From: a virus
Lineage: Duplodnaviria; Caudoviricetes
Direction: 5' to 3' (one strand)
DNA: 50,437 nt
Virus record (IMG/VR): IMGVR_UViG_3300044259_000059
Span: 1 to 50,437 of that record
The notes beneath the pieces were generated by a model, which saw only the letters and a program-made list of their open reading frames with translations, was not told where the DNA came from and searched no databases. Made by a program: the position numbers and the translations under genes. Shown here piece by piece: positions 1-9,674 of this stretch. How positions within the stretch are numbered: position 1 is the stretch's first letter; every line of letters begins with the position of its first letter.

Positions 1-127
1 AAACGACTCCGGTCTTTGTGTTTACGATCTTCATATGCTAACTGCTTTTAGTTTCAGCTAATGCCAGTACCTCCGGGGGAACAGCTGCCAGTTCTTTATA
101 ACCCATCTTGTCGGCTGGTAGCTTCTC
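1..127. repeat. End overlap identical to 50311-50437 (circular assembly)
   Basis: First 127 nt equal the last 127 nt; a gene (50159-50344) runs across the join. Confidence 0.95.
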
Positions 128-310
128 CCAATACGTCTTTGGGAACCGGCGTAACTCCTTGCCCTTGGTTACGTATACGTATTCTACGGGGTAGCCTACG
201 TTTGGTGGGTTGGCGATCTTTTGGGTAATACCCGGTAGTGTGGGGATAGGAGGCGGCGGAACTGTACCCGCTTGCTCTACCGGTCCTGAAGTTGTTCTCT
301 TTATTGCCAT
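38..310 (-). CDS. Small head-module protein, 90 aa, starting MAIKRT
   Basis: ATG at 310 follows the promoter at 330-337; the longer ORF-track start overlaps MuF; C-terminal VPPExLA motif shared with 50159-50344. Confidence 0.65.
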   Translation of the reverse strand: MAIKRTTSGPVEQAGTVPPPPIPTLPGITQKIANPPNVGYPVEYVYVTKGKELRRFPKTYWEKLPADKMGYKELAAVPPEVLALAETKSS

Positions 311-329
311 AAAACAGTTTTTTGTACTG

Positions 330-337
330 CAAATATA
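330..337 (-). promoter_or_regulatory. Bacteroidota sigma70 -7 element (TATATTTG)
   Basis: Matches TAnnTTTG about 20 nt upstream of ATG 310. Confidence 0.6.
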
Positions 338-343
338 AGAGAT

Positions 344-373
344 AAAAGAAAATCGCGCCGATATGACGCGATT
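344..373 (-). terminator. Intrinsic terminator after MuF
   Basis: AATCGCGTC/GGCGCGATT stem followed by TTCTTTT on the minus strand. Confidence 0.6.
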
Positions 374-381
374 CGTGACTA

Positions 382-1335
382 TTAGGCAGCCTTTACAAAC
401 TTCCTTGCTGATGGCCTCATGACAAAGGCAAGGGAGTCGGGTATCCAGTTCCAGTGATGTCGGCATCCATACCCACCCATGTCAATAAACGGGTCGTAGT
501 TGTCCGGGATGGCCTCATCTGGCAGCATATCCGCGATCTCTGTCTTGTGGTATACCTTGCCATTGTGCTCACGGCAAAAGGTCCGGGTACGCTTCATAAT
601 ACCCCCTTCGAATATCGCAAACTGGAAGCCCAACCCGGTCGCGTATGTCTGAGCTGTGGTGCGATCGAGAACACTGTAGGTATCATACACAAGGTTCCTG
701 AAGTACTGGTTAATCTTTATACCCTGTGTTGGGTTGTCTCTTGCGTATGTGTTTGACCCATCCAACAGGTCGCGCACTGCTGTTTTAGTCTTCTGCCAAC
801 CCTGCTGACCCACTACACCACGGATAATACTGTCCTTTACCCGGCTTGCCATTGTATTATGCCCTTTCAGTACTGTTTGCAGGTAGCCATTCTCTCCCAC
901 TGTGTACGTCACCTGCCCATTGCTGGTGCCTGATGGTTCCAGCCCCAGCCACTTGTTAACATAGTCCACCGCCTGAGCGCGTAACGGCACAAGCTGTGCA
1001 TTGCCCGGCGCTACCGCCTGATAGTAGTCGTACTGGAAGCTCAGCACCTGCTTTACCCCGGAGATGGTAGTAGCAAGTATCTCCATCCCATCGGAATTTT
1101 GCCATTGCGAGAAAACCGTATCGACCCTTTGCAGAGCGTTACGGTTCCTCGTGGTATTCTTAATCGTTCCATCAGTGTCGTACTCGAGCTGGTCCACAAC
1201 CCTCGTACTGATCTCATCGAATAGCCTTTGCTGTGCATCGCCTACCGTCTTCTCTAACTTTTCGATGAGCTTATTGATACGACTATCCCTTTTGGCTGCA
1301 AGGGTGCGTAATTGCTTTGCTGTTTTTACTGGCAT
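382..1335 (-). CDS. Head morphogenesis / minor capsid protein (MuF-like)
   Basis: Directly after the portal; RTRTFC...GGYGCRHHW C-terminal motif typical of MuF. Confidence 0.8.
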   Translation of the reverse strand: MPVKTAKQLRTLAAKRDSRINKLIEKLEKTVGDAQQRLFDEISTRVVDQLEYDTDGTIKNTTRNRNALQRVDTVFSQWQNSDGMEILATTISGVKQVLSFQYDYYQAVAPGNAQLVPLRAQAVDYVNKWLGLEPSGTSNGQVTYTVGENGYLQTVLKGHNTMASRVKDSIIRGVVGQQGWQKTKTAVRDLLDGSNTYARDNPTQGIKINQYFRNLVYDTYSVLDRTTAQTYATGLGFQFAIFEGGIMKRTRTFCREHNGKVYHKTEIADMLPDEAIPDNYDPFIDMGGYGCRHHWNWIPDSLAFVMRPSARKFVKAA

Positions 1336-1341
1336 AGTGTT

Positions 1342-3273
1342 TTAATCTTCGGTTGTTTCTAATTCTGTACCTCCAACACTGTCGATTACCTCGTCTTCCT
1401 CCTTCTCCGTATTGATACCTATCTTGCTGATGTCTACCCCACTCAGGCCCGGCGTATCTGCACCCATAACGATAATACGCGGTTCGTTTGTGGTGAGTTG
1501 AGCTGTGAATTCAGCGACCTTTGCCTCCACTATACCCCATTGTGTAGAAAGGTTTTGTTCGGTCCAGAACGTTTTATTCTCCGCCTCGATCTCAAAGAAG
1601 ATAGGCTCAAAATTAGCATACAGCACCTTGTCGAACTTGCTAATGTTATCACCTGCCATAAGCAACTGTACTTCTTCGGCCGTCTTACCCGTGAATGGGT
1701 GGAACTTCTTTTTGATCTCGTATTTCATGTACCCGAAATCGTCACCCTCGAAGGTAATAGCGGCAATATCCCGGTTAATCGCCTCTATCAGGAAGGAAGG
1801 TGCACCACTATCGTTAGCTGCCTTCAGGTCGTTCAGTAATGCGCTGAGAGACTTTAGTTTAAAGTCGGCTGGGAACTTATGCACGATGTCACCCTCTCCC
1901 GGGTCTGCCATGCCTGCAATTTTGGCAAACGTGAACACCTGAGCCTTCCATATCTGGCTGATCTTCTCCGCATACTTAGATAGTACGTCCTGTACGCCGT
2001 CCGTGTTGTTATCGATCTCTGTGGCCGTCTTTGCTGCTGTGCTCTGCAAATAGAGCTGAGATTGAAACACGGTTACATAAGCGTCGAGTTTGAGGTCATC
2101 GATGTACTCCTTTTGGAACTTAACCAGATCGACAGGGGGCGCCTTATAGACGAGCATCTGATCCAGCGTAACAGCTACCGTCTCCCCTGCCTTCGGCATT
2201 GGCAGGAGTATAGCATCCTGAGCACTGGAATGTATAGCGTATCCCTTACCATTACAGACAGGGCATATCTGAGTAGTACCGTTTACCTTACCCGCAACAC
2301 ATCGCTTTGCCTTGCTCTCTCCTTCGCACTTCTGCACATACTGTAGCTTCTGAGGGAAGGCGTGTTGTGCCATGGCCAAATCCAGCTCACTAACCAGCTT
2401 CACGGACTTCTCCATGAAGGTCATAGCCACATGAAAAGGGTTCACAAAGGTGCGCCCTTTGGTTACGCCATCAGGGCAATATCCTACACGACGAGCTGCC
2501 ACATAACCAAGGCGAGGGTCATAGCTGGTAATAAGGAAATCGCGATCCTCCCCCTTTTTGTAGAACTCCTGATCCGGGCCTATCCCGCCCTCGTCCTCTA
2601 TGATCTTACGGCACACCTCACAGAACACGATCGTGTTATCCTCTTCGTACAGGGTCCACTTATCACCGTCTCTCTCTTTGATGTTGCCATCCTCGTCTAT
2701 GTACTTAACAGTAATGCACTCATGCACCCACAGCCAGCGCAGACGGTTATTCTTAATGCTGAAGTGCCATGCATCCTCAGCTGTCACCTCAAAAGGATGA
2801 GCCACAGGAAGGGCGCCTGCGCTCTCTACCGTCCACTCTGTTACGATCCATGCATTAGGGTCAAAGAATGTATAGTACTTGAACCGCTCATTCAGCCAAC
2901 CATCGAGGCCCGTATCCTCACTGAAGGGATCACCATAGAACCCGTCTACGATCTGCTGTACGTTAGCGTTTGTATTCTTATCCCCCTTGAAGTCGAACCG
3001 CTTCTTCACCTTGTTATTACGGCCTACCTTATCGAAAGGGTTCATAAGTGATCCGGCTATTGCTGGGGTGATCTGTTTGGTGATCCGGGCACGCTGTAGA
3101 AATGCCTCTTCCGTCTCCCTCTGGACGTACTGGATCAATTCACCCTCCATGCCGTGACCGGTAATGTAACGCTCGTACTTACATGCGAGGTTAACGGTGT
3201 GCTCATAATCACGGTGTTTCTCCCCTGATTCAATGAGCTTAATCCCCAGTTCTAAAGCCTGAATTTGTTCCAT
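1342..3273 (-). CDS. Portal protein with Cys4 insert
   Basis: 643 aa between TerL and MuF; KTATE motif, acidic tail, CPVCNGKG insert. Confidence 0.8.
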   Translation of the reverse strand: MEQIQALELGIKLIESGEKHRDYEHTVNLACKYERYITGHGMEGELIQYVQRETEEAFLQRARITKQITPAIAGSLMNPFDKVGRNNKVKKRFDFKGDKNTNANVQQIVDGFYGDPFSEDTGLDGWLNERFKYYTFFDPNAWIVTEWTVESAGALPVAHPFEVTAEDAWHFSIKNNRLRWLWVHECITVKYIDEDGNIKERDGDKWTLYEEDNTIVFCEVCRKIIEDEGGIGPDQEFYKKGEDRDFLITSYDPRLGYVAARRVGYCPDGVTKGRTFVNPFHVAMTFMEKSVKLVSELDLAMAQHAFPQKLQYVQKCEGESKAKRCVAGKVNGTTQICPVCNGKGYAIHSSAQDAILLPMPKAGETVAVTLDQMLVYKAPPVDLVKFQKEYIDDLKLDAYVTVFQSQLYLQSTAAKTATEIDNNTDGVQDVLSKYAEKISQIWKAQVFTFAKIAGMADPGEGDIVHKFPADFKLKSLSALLNDLKAANDSGAPSFLIEAINRDIAAITFEGDDFGYMKYEIKKKFHPFTGKTAEEVQLLMAGDNISKFDKVLYANFEPIFFEIEAENKTFWTEQNLSTQWGIVEAKVAEFTAQLTTNEPRIIVMGADTPGLSGVDISKIGINTEKEEDEVIDSVGGTELETTED

Positions 3274-3296
3274 GTTTTGTACAATTTTTAGTAAAA

Positions 3297-4928
3297 TTAA
3301 CTGAAGTCGTTCATATATTCCTTAACCAGAGGGCAAACAAGGTACTCGAGGGCATCGGACATGTGCCCCATGGTCTCGCGTCCTTTATTGTCTTTCTCCG
3401 GGTCCTTCTCCCCGTTGCCTCGTTGCTTCACATTCTCTACGTCATTGATAAGCGTATCGCATGCCGGGTCTATCACGACCTCTACCTCTGCTATCTTATT
3501 CTCGAATATGCGGTTCATTAGGTCGCGCCGCTTCATATTAGCGATGTTAGTTAACTCAACCCTGAGCCAGTCTTCAGGAAGAAAGCGCAACATTTTCGCC
3601 TCTACCGTGGAGTACTGTGTCTGGTCTCCCATACCCACTATTCTATTACGCCCGGTCGCATCCCCGTATACCAAAACATCCTGCTCTGGCTCACCCGGCG
3701 CCCTCATAAAATCGAGGTCGGCACAAAACGCCTCACACACCGCCTCCGTGCTGTTTAGTGGACTGGCGAGGGGGTAGTCCTTATACACCCTGATCTGCAT
3801 CACCTCGTACTGTGTGCCTTTCGTAGCGTGTTGGGCGTAACAGTCCTCGCTACTCTCGTATCGCAGGAACCCGCCTACCGTCTTGTCCGGGTTGGTCACT
3901 AACCACTGTCTCACGTACTGGACCTGACCCATTAAGCCGGTCATATATGGCACAGCGTTGAAGTCAAAAGACACACTGACAGGCACCCCCGGAATGTAGC
4001 CACATGGGCGCACATGCCTTGCACGGTAAAAGTGAGGGAAGTACTCGTCACCTGTTTTACTGAAGGGGTAGGAGTATATGAACTTAAGCGCTCTTATCTC
4101 GCTCATTTGAGCTAACCTCTCCTGAAGGAAGCCCGGGCGAAGGTTCTGTTCGTTCCAGAATGCAGAGTAAATAACGATGTGGTGCGTCGGCGTCATGTGC
4201 TGGTAGTAGTCGTAAGGGTCCATCACCTTAGCCTTAATCTCCTTTTCGTGCCGGGCGAGATCGAACATGTCCAGCAACCAAGGAACACCCCCCTCACTGG
4301 GAGAGGTGTGTATGTAACATGGTGCCCATGATCTCAAACTAAGGCTCTCTGCCACCTCCGGTGTTATAGACTTATCGAACTGTAGGGCGCCTGTGTGTAT
4401 GTTGTAGAATAGGCCATACTGTCTTAAACGGCCTAATATTACCGTTCCTATCGCTTCCTCCTTTGTGTCCTTTGTCTCATCGAGGTGTGCCCAACCAAAC
4501 TCTTTACCATCATGCACCATGTAGTTAGTCAGTGATCCCACAAATATCAGGGCGCCATTGCGGAAGGATATGGTGTTGTGGTAGCTCTTTAGTTCCTCGA
4601 AGCGCTTGAAATGAGGCGGGGGTATCTTATCGACCACATAATCGCCGTCCTTCTGTGTCTTAATGTCATACCGTACAAAACCGAAAACACGCTTCCAGTG
4701 GTTGAATACCTTGGTTAGCGTGGTTTGGGATAGCTGTGTATCTGTGTTAGCGCCTATAAACCCTTTAATCTCAGGGAAGTCGTTCACCATCATGCCCGAC
4801 AGGAAGCCTATTAACTCCGTCTTACCGCCACCTTGCCCGGACATGTCACCGATTATAGGTGCCCGGCTATTGATCACGTCCGCCTGTGGGTAGCTAAATA
4901 GTATGTCTGGTTCGTTGTTTTGTGCCAT
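3297..4928 (-). CDS. terL: Terminase large subunit
   Basis: Walker A SGQGGGKT, Walker B AHLDET, RNase H-like nuclease motifs FDFN, YGDATG, HMSDALEY. Confidence 0.92.
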   Translation of the reverse strand: MAQNNEPDILFSYPQADVINSRAPIIGDMSGQGGGKTELIGFLSGMMVNDFPEIKGFIGANTDTQLSQTTLTKVFNHWKRVFGFVRYDIKTQKDGDYVVDKIPPPHFKRFEELKSYHNTISFRNGALIFVGSLTNYMVHDGKEFGWAHLDETKDTKEEAIGTVILGRLRQYGLFYNIHTGALQFDKSITPEVAESLSLRSWAPCYIHTSPSEGGVPWLLDMFDLARHEKEIKAKVMDPYDYYQHMTPTHHIVIYSAFWNEQNLRPGFLQERLAQMSEIRALKFIYSYPFSKTGDEYFPHFYRARHVRPCGYIPGVPVSVSFDFNAVPYMTGLMGQVQYVRQWLVTNPDKTVGGFLRYESSEDCYAQHATKGTQYEVMQIRVYKDYPLASPLNSTEAVCEAFCADLDFMRAPGEPEQDVLVYGDATGRNRIVGMGDQTQYSTVEAKMLRFLPEDWLRVELTNIANMKRRDLMNRIFENKIAEVEVVIDPACDTLINDVENVKQRGNGEKDPEKDNKGRETMGHMSDALEYLVCPLVKEYMNDFS

Positions 4929-5017
4929 ATGTTAAGATTGTATCAGAAAGTACCTGTTTTAGTGCTGTTTACAGGAAGATCCTTTGTATCCAGCCCGTGA
5001 ATAGTGATAGTATATTA

Positions 5018-5653
5018 TCAGCTATCGAAGTTCTCAGGCCGCTTTCTGTGATGTAGCTGCACATTGATAGGCTTCCTCATATCGATAGTTACGCCTCCTG
5101 CAATCACGGTAGGCGCCTCTACACCCAGTATCTTACAACGCATCTGGATGCACCACTGTACACCCATCAGGTAGCGAGGATCACCAAGGCTCTCCGTTTC
5201 TTGCTCCTGTGTCTCTACCCCTGACAGTGTGACACCTGTCTCTGTAGTGATCTCCCCCTCCGGGCTTACTACCTGCAATGGTGAGCCTGTGCCCTTACGC
5301 TTACTGGTGGTCCTCTTCTTTGGTTCCTTGCTGCGCTTCCACTCACGCCAGAACTCAGATTCAACCTTCAGTAGCTTCTTTACCTCTGTTAATCGTAGCT
5401 CGTTGATGTCCTCTACACGGTCCGCTAACCACTCCTTTTTGATGCCCTTCATGTACGTGCTGATGGTCATTTTAGAGAGCTTTATCCCGTACTTGACATC
5501 TACCGCGTCCGCTGTTGACTGCATACTCATGCCCTCTAAATGGCATTCAGTGATGTAGTTCTTAATGCTGTCTTTGAGGTAGGCCGGTATCTTCTTACCC
5601 CCTTTCCCCTTTGTTCCGTCATCTTGCATGTTTGTAGTGTTTTGTTCTGCCAT
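5018..5653 (-). CDS. terS: Terminase small subunit (probable)
   Basis: N-terminal HTH-like region, GDPRYL...RCKILG motif, immediately upstream of TerL. Confidence 0.7.
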   Translation of the reverse strand: MAEQNTTNMQDDGTKGKGGKKIPAYLKDSIKNYITECHLEGMSMQSTADAVDVKYGIKLSKMTISTYMKGIKKEWLADRVEDINELRLTEVKKLLKVESEFWREWKRSKEPKKRTTSKRKGTGSPLQVVSPEGEITTETGVTLSGVETQEQETESLGDPRYLMGVQWCIQMRCKILGVEAPTVIAGGVTIDMRKPINVQLHHRKRPENFDS

Positions 5654-5658
5654 AATGA

Positions 5659-5666
5659 CAAAAGTA
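5659..5666 (-). promoter_or_regulatory. -7 promoter element (TACTTTTG); near-leaderless terS transcript
   Basis: TAnnTTTG 5 nt upstream of ATG 5653. Confidence 0.5.
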
Positions 5667-5948
5667 AAGTTATTTTACGTAAGGGAGCCGGCACTTTTTG
5701 GGCGCCGGCTCAGGGATTTATCCATCCTTCTCGCTTGTCTACCTGTTTTTCTTTGCCTCTTGGTATAGACAATTGATTGATTTACAAGCGTCGTTTTGTT
5801 TACCTTTTGTTATTACGGGTTGTGTGTATCCTGTGTGGGAAAGGTCCGTAGTTTGCAAAAGTTGCCTTTCGTTTGGGCTTTTTTTTTGATCCTTACGACT
5901 CTTTTCCACCCGCTTCGCGGATGCTTTGTACGTTTCCTCTGGTACAAG

Positions 5949-6893
5949 TCACTCCGCTCCCTGTGGTGTGTGGTTACCTGCGAAGTTTACAGCGATATTG
6001 TTTAAGTGCTGTAAATCGGGGTGTATGTCGTTTTCAGTGCTGGAATCCCCTTTTTTCAGTTCGTCGATAGCATCCTGACAGATTTTTTGAATCTCGGTAG
6101 TATCGATTTGGACCTGTATGTCCTCCCCGTTCCAAATGTTCTTTTGCATCTGATCACGGAACCGTTTAACCTTCTCAGGGTCCGGCTCCTTCTCTGTGTC
6201 GGTTGCTGTCTCTGTAATATCGCAAGGTGACAGGAGCCGTATATCCAGTTCCTTCCCAAACTGCTCCCAGTGTTCCGCTAACATCTCGTTTTGTTTCTGG
6301 CATAGCTTCTGAAGCTCTGACGGGAAGTGTTTCAGCTGGATGCTGTTCGCCTGCCTGTTGACTTTTATCCACCCCTCCCGGTCGGTTGCGTTTTCTATCA
6401 GGTAATAGAGGTACTGGACCGCCTTCATGTATTCGGTGTAGCTCCCCTCTGGTTTAATCTCCGCGACGATCGCACTGGTGTACGGCTCCTTATTGAAGTC
6501 TACCCCGATCATGTAAGGAACAGGGAGCGGGCCGTCTTCATACTGGTATTGTATCTTTCCCGCTGCCTGTTGCTCCCGGAACTGCTGAAGCGCCTGTTCG
6601 TGTCCGGCTGTGAATGCCTTCCACTCCTTCGAGTTGCCTGCAAAGGATATTTTGTTATACTGGTCTGTGCCGATCGCTGTCGCTGGAAAACCCATATGTT
6701 CGTTAAACGCGATTTTGTGAACTGTCTCCTTTTTGGTGAGGCAGTCTTCCAAAGGCTTTTTTAAGTCCTCGACCCCTGGGGCCGTTTTGACATCTTCGAC
6801 CACCTTTTTCGCGTCTTCGACTACTTTCTCGATGGTGCCTTTGTTCTTCATAGCCCATGTAAAGAGGGCTTTTAGGAATGTGAGTAGTTTCAT
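5949..6893 (-). CDS. Hypothetical protein, 314 aa
   Basis: Long ORF coupled to the upstream gene; no motif recognised. Confidence 0.7.
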   Translation of the reverse strand: MKLLTFLKALFTWAMKNKGTIEKVVEDAKKVVEDVKTAPGVEDLKKPLEDCLTKKETVHKIAFNEHMGFPATAIGTDQYNKISFAGNSKEWKAFTAGHEQALQQFREQQAAGKIQYQYEDGPLPVPYMIGVDFNKEPYTSAIVAEIKPEGSYTEYMKAVQYLYYLIENATDREGWIKVNRQANSIQLKHFPSELQKLCQKQNEMLAEHWEQFGKELDIRLLSPCDITETATDTEKEPDPEKVKRFRDQMQKNIWNGEDIQVQIDTTEIQKICQDAIDELKKGDSSTENDIHPDLQHLNNIAVNFAGNHTPQGAE

Positions 6894-6894
6894 G

Positions 6895-7443
6895 TTATTG
6901 ATTTGCTTGTTTAGACTGGTTTTGTCTCATGTATGCCATGTAATCGAGGGTGTTGTCTGCGATCGGGTGCAGAGTCTTACGATCGATTAACAGAGTTTTG
7001 TTATCCGGGCTACATGGTGTCATGTCTAAGGCTGGCAAGCCAACGCCGCAAGATGTAGAGAAATTAATCTTATCGCCTTTCTTCGTAACGTCGTACTCTG
7101 TGCCGTCCGTTAGTCTTACGGTTCTTTTTTCTGGCTGATCCGGCTCGTCTGGCTGTGCCGCGATCTCCCGAAGCTCGTTTTCTATGCTTTTTAGCTTCAG
7201 GGCCATTTTCGGACATGGGTCTCCTTTGGTCATTCCGGCGCACCCTTCCCACTGTTTACCAGTCTTCCTACAGATGCACTCCCTTTCAGGGTGTCTCATT
7301 ACGTCCTGAACAGTCTCAGTGAGAAGGACGAGCTTTTTGTTCTTTTCGCTTAAGCCGGTCGTTTTAACGCCGGTTATTTCTGTTCCAAATCGCTTTTTGC
7401 TTGGTTTGGCTCCACCTTTGCGGCCGGTGTACTTGTAATTCAT
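6895..7443 (-). CDS. Hypothetical protein with Cys cluster
   Basis: ORF in operon; CIC...C...CP. Confidence 0.65.
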   Translation of the reverse strand: MNYKYTGRKGGAKPSKKRFGTEITGVKTTGLSEKNKKLVLLTETVQDVMRHPERECICRKTGKQWEGCAGMTKGDPCPKMALKLKSIENELREIAAQPDEPDQPEKRTVRLTDGTEYDVTKKGDKINFSTSCGVGLPALDMTPCSPDNKTLLIDRKTLHPIADNTLDYMAYMRQNQSKQANQ

Positions 7444-7446
7444 TTT

Positions 7447-7683
7447 CTAATTTTTAATGTGTGAATAAGGTCGAACGATGTATTCCCCGTCTCCGTCGCT
7501 TGTTAGCTTCGATACTACGCCGCCGCTGGGGAACTTCTTACCGCCATCTTTGAGGATACGGCGAATCCTGAGCTTTGCGACTACCTTGTATTCCGGGTTC
7601 GTGTTCAGGAAGCTAATAAGCATCGCGTAAATTCCGGGCACCATCTTGCCATTTTGCAAAAGGAATACTGTTATTGGCTCCAT
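7447..7683 (-). CDS. Hypothetical protein (MEPITV start)
   Basis: ATG 1 nt after the stop of the upstream glycosyltransferase. Confidence 0.55.
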   Translation of the reverse strand: MEPITVFLLQNGKMVPGIYAMLISFLNTNPEYKVVAKLRIRRILKDGGKKFPSGGVVSKLTSDGDGEYIVRPYSHIKN

Positions 7684-7684
7684 G

Positions 7685-8737
7685 TTATCGGATTTTGTCG
7701 AGTAAAACATTATAGAGCTGGACCCGGGTCTCGTTTACCTTTGTAAGCTCGTAGTTTGCGCGTACATGCCTACCCAGTTCCCTCCCGTCATCGTCTGCTC
7801 TGTTTGGGTGCCTTGTGTACTGTCGGATGAAATCAAACCAGTCATCTTTATCGTAGGCTACTGTTACATAGTCTTTGTCTACCGGGTTGTCATATGGAGA
7901 ATTACCAGAGGCGATAATAGGCAGGTTATAGGCTCCTGCCTCGAGTGTTTTAAGGTTAGACTTACAGTTATTGAACACTGTGTTCTTCAGTGGCGCGAGG
8001 GCTACGTCTGCTGTCTCGTACAAGTGCAAATAACTGCTTAGTGGCATTGATTCGCGCTCTGAGTATGACAGGTGTGGCGCCCTGAATGTGTTCAGTATCT
8101 TACGCATGTAATCCCACTGGTCTCTGTGCGTCTCTAATGTATCAACCCCCGCGAGCCTTATTTCCGCCTTTCTTCCTCCATACATGGTAGTATCGTCTGT
8201 AGCTATAGACCAAAGTGGTTCGTATAACTCCTGCACGTCTGGCGCGTGGCTGGCTCCCGCTGCATAAATAAACCGCGTCACGCCTACAGGTAAAGTAAAC
8301 CCGCGCCTGTTAGAGTCAATCTCACGGAATGGCAACGCATTTGGTATAACCACGATATTATCATTGTAAGCCTGCGCCTTACTTGCGAGTGTACTGGATG
8401 TGGTAGTAACCACGTCCGCCGCCTTCAGCATGGTAATAATACGCTGACCTATTTTATGTTCCATCCAGTGTTTGTATAGATAGTGATCCTTGTCAAGATG
8501 CCAAAAATCGTCTATATCTACTACCAGTTTGAACCCATTCCTGCGCTTACGTTCGAGGAAACCACTAATACCCTCTTGTGGTATTCTGTTTAGCGTTACG
8601 ATCGGGAATTGCTTCACCGCGTCGGCATATGGCATTTTCTTTTGCGCTTCCAAATCAACCCCCATAACGCGCAGGGGGTTGATTATTCTATGAAAGTCGC
8701 ATGACTGCTGCCTGTATATTGCGTACACTGAATTCAT
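7685..8737 (-). CDS. Glycosyltransferase, GT-B fold (GT4-like)
   Basis: LVVDIDDFW, ADVVTTT, VIPNAL, DVALAPL...FNNCKSNLKTLEAGA...PIIAS motifs. Confidence 0.88.
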   Translation of the reverse strand: MNSVYAIYRQQSCDFHRIINPLRVMGVDLEAQKKMPYADAVKQFPIVTLNRIPQEGISGFLERKRRNGFKLVVDIDDFWHLDKDHYLYKHWMEHKIGQRIITMLKAADVVTTTSSTLASKAQAYNDNIVVIPNALPFREIDSNRRGFTLPVGVTRFIYAAGASHAPDVQELYEPLWSIATDDTTMYGGRKAEIRLAGVDTLETHRDQWDYMRKILNTFRAPHLSYSERESMPLSSYLHLYETADVALAPLKNTVFNNCKSNLKTLEAGAYNLPIIASGNSPYDNPVDKDYVTVAYDKDDWFDFIRQYTRHPNRADDDGRELGRHVRANYELTKVNETRVQLYNVLLDKIR

Positions 8738-9483
8738 TAGCGATTGTTTTTATAGATGTCCTGATAAATAGGCAAACTTTGTACCCCCCTCATCGCCTTC
8801 TCTGCCTCTTCGATGTACTTCCATTTTTCCTCGTGAATAGCTGATTTACCCTTCCATACAAGCGAGCCATGAGAGCCTTGTATGTCGCATCCGTGAAGAA
8901 ACTCAGGCGCATGCTCTACGGTAACAGTATAGTATGGGTCTCTACCAAAAGGAGACAACCCAGCACGACCCATGCGAGCAAACAGTTCCCCATCTTCATG
9001 GCCGTATTTACTTAGTTCACGGAACCCACCGATTACATTAAGCGCGTGACGGGTGAAGAACCAAAACCCGCCCTGAGAGGATTTAGTCGCAACGATCCCA
9101 TTCCCTGTTTTCCCCATCCACTCATAATGCATAGGAGGTGAATAGTTGAGTATGTGTTGTCCGGGGTTATTCATAACACCTGCCACAAATTCTCCTATCC
9201 AGAAATCTCGGATCGGGAAAACGTCATCGTCAGATATTACTACGAAATCGCAATCCGCAAGCTCACGGAGCAACCTGTTACGTGATCCGGCCACACCCCT
9301 CCATACACCATCTTTGATATACTCAACCCCTGACGGGATGGAAGAGAGTGTTTTACCGGGTTCGCTGTCATCGTCAAGTAAAACGATCCTGTGCGCTTCC
9401 TTGGAGAATTTTTTGTACTGGCTGATGCAGTACTCCGCAACTTCCGGGCGGTTTTTAGTGGTAATGCCGATGCCTATTTTCAT
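8737..9483 (-). CDS. Glycosyltransferase family 2 (GT-A)
   Basis: IGITTKNR, LLDDDS, GVAGSRN, VISDDD, IGGF...YGHEDGEL motifs. Confidence 0.88.
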   Translation of the reverse strand: MKIGIGITTKNRPEVAEYCISQYKKFSKEAHRIVLLDDDSEPGKTLSSIPSGVEYIKDGVWRGVAGSRNRLLRELADCDFVVISDDDVFPIRDFWIGEFVAGVMNNPGQHILNYSPPMHYEWMGKTGNGIVATKSSQGGFWFFTRHALNVIGGFRELSKYGHEDGELFARMGRAGLSPFGRDPYYTVTVEHAPEFLHGCDIQGSHGSLVWKGKSAIHEEKWKYIEEAEKAMRGVQSLPIYQDIYKNNR

Positions 9484-9515
9484 GTGTTTTAGTTTATTGG
9501 TGGTATAATCATATT

Positions 9516-9674
9516 TTAGTTTATCTCTTCAAATTCACTATCGTTATGCACCCATTCAGAGCCGCATAGATACCAAACATATGAATCGGCGTATCCGCTG
9601 AATGATTTAGTATATTCAGCTACCCGCCAATAACCACTACGTTTAACCCAATAAAAACCTAATTCTCTTTTCAT
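9516..9674 (-). CDS. Small protein MKRELGFYWVK (52 aa), possibly nonsense-truncated; paralog of 28362-28547
   Basis: Hand translation; ATGA overlap with the upstream gene; shares GFYWVK...DSE. Confidence 0.6.
   Translation of the reverse strand: MKRELGFYWVKRSGYWRVAEYTKSFSGYADSYVWYLCGSEWVHNDSEFEEIN

Noticed and set aside
1-127. 127-bp terminal direct repeat as a biological genome end
   Set aside because: The length equals a common assembler k-mer and the join falls inside genes; it is best read as a circularisation overlap
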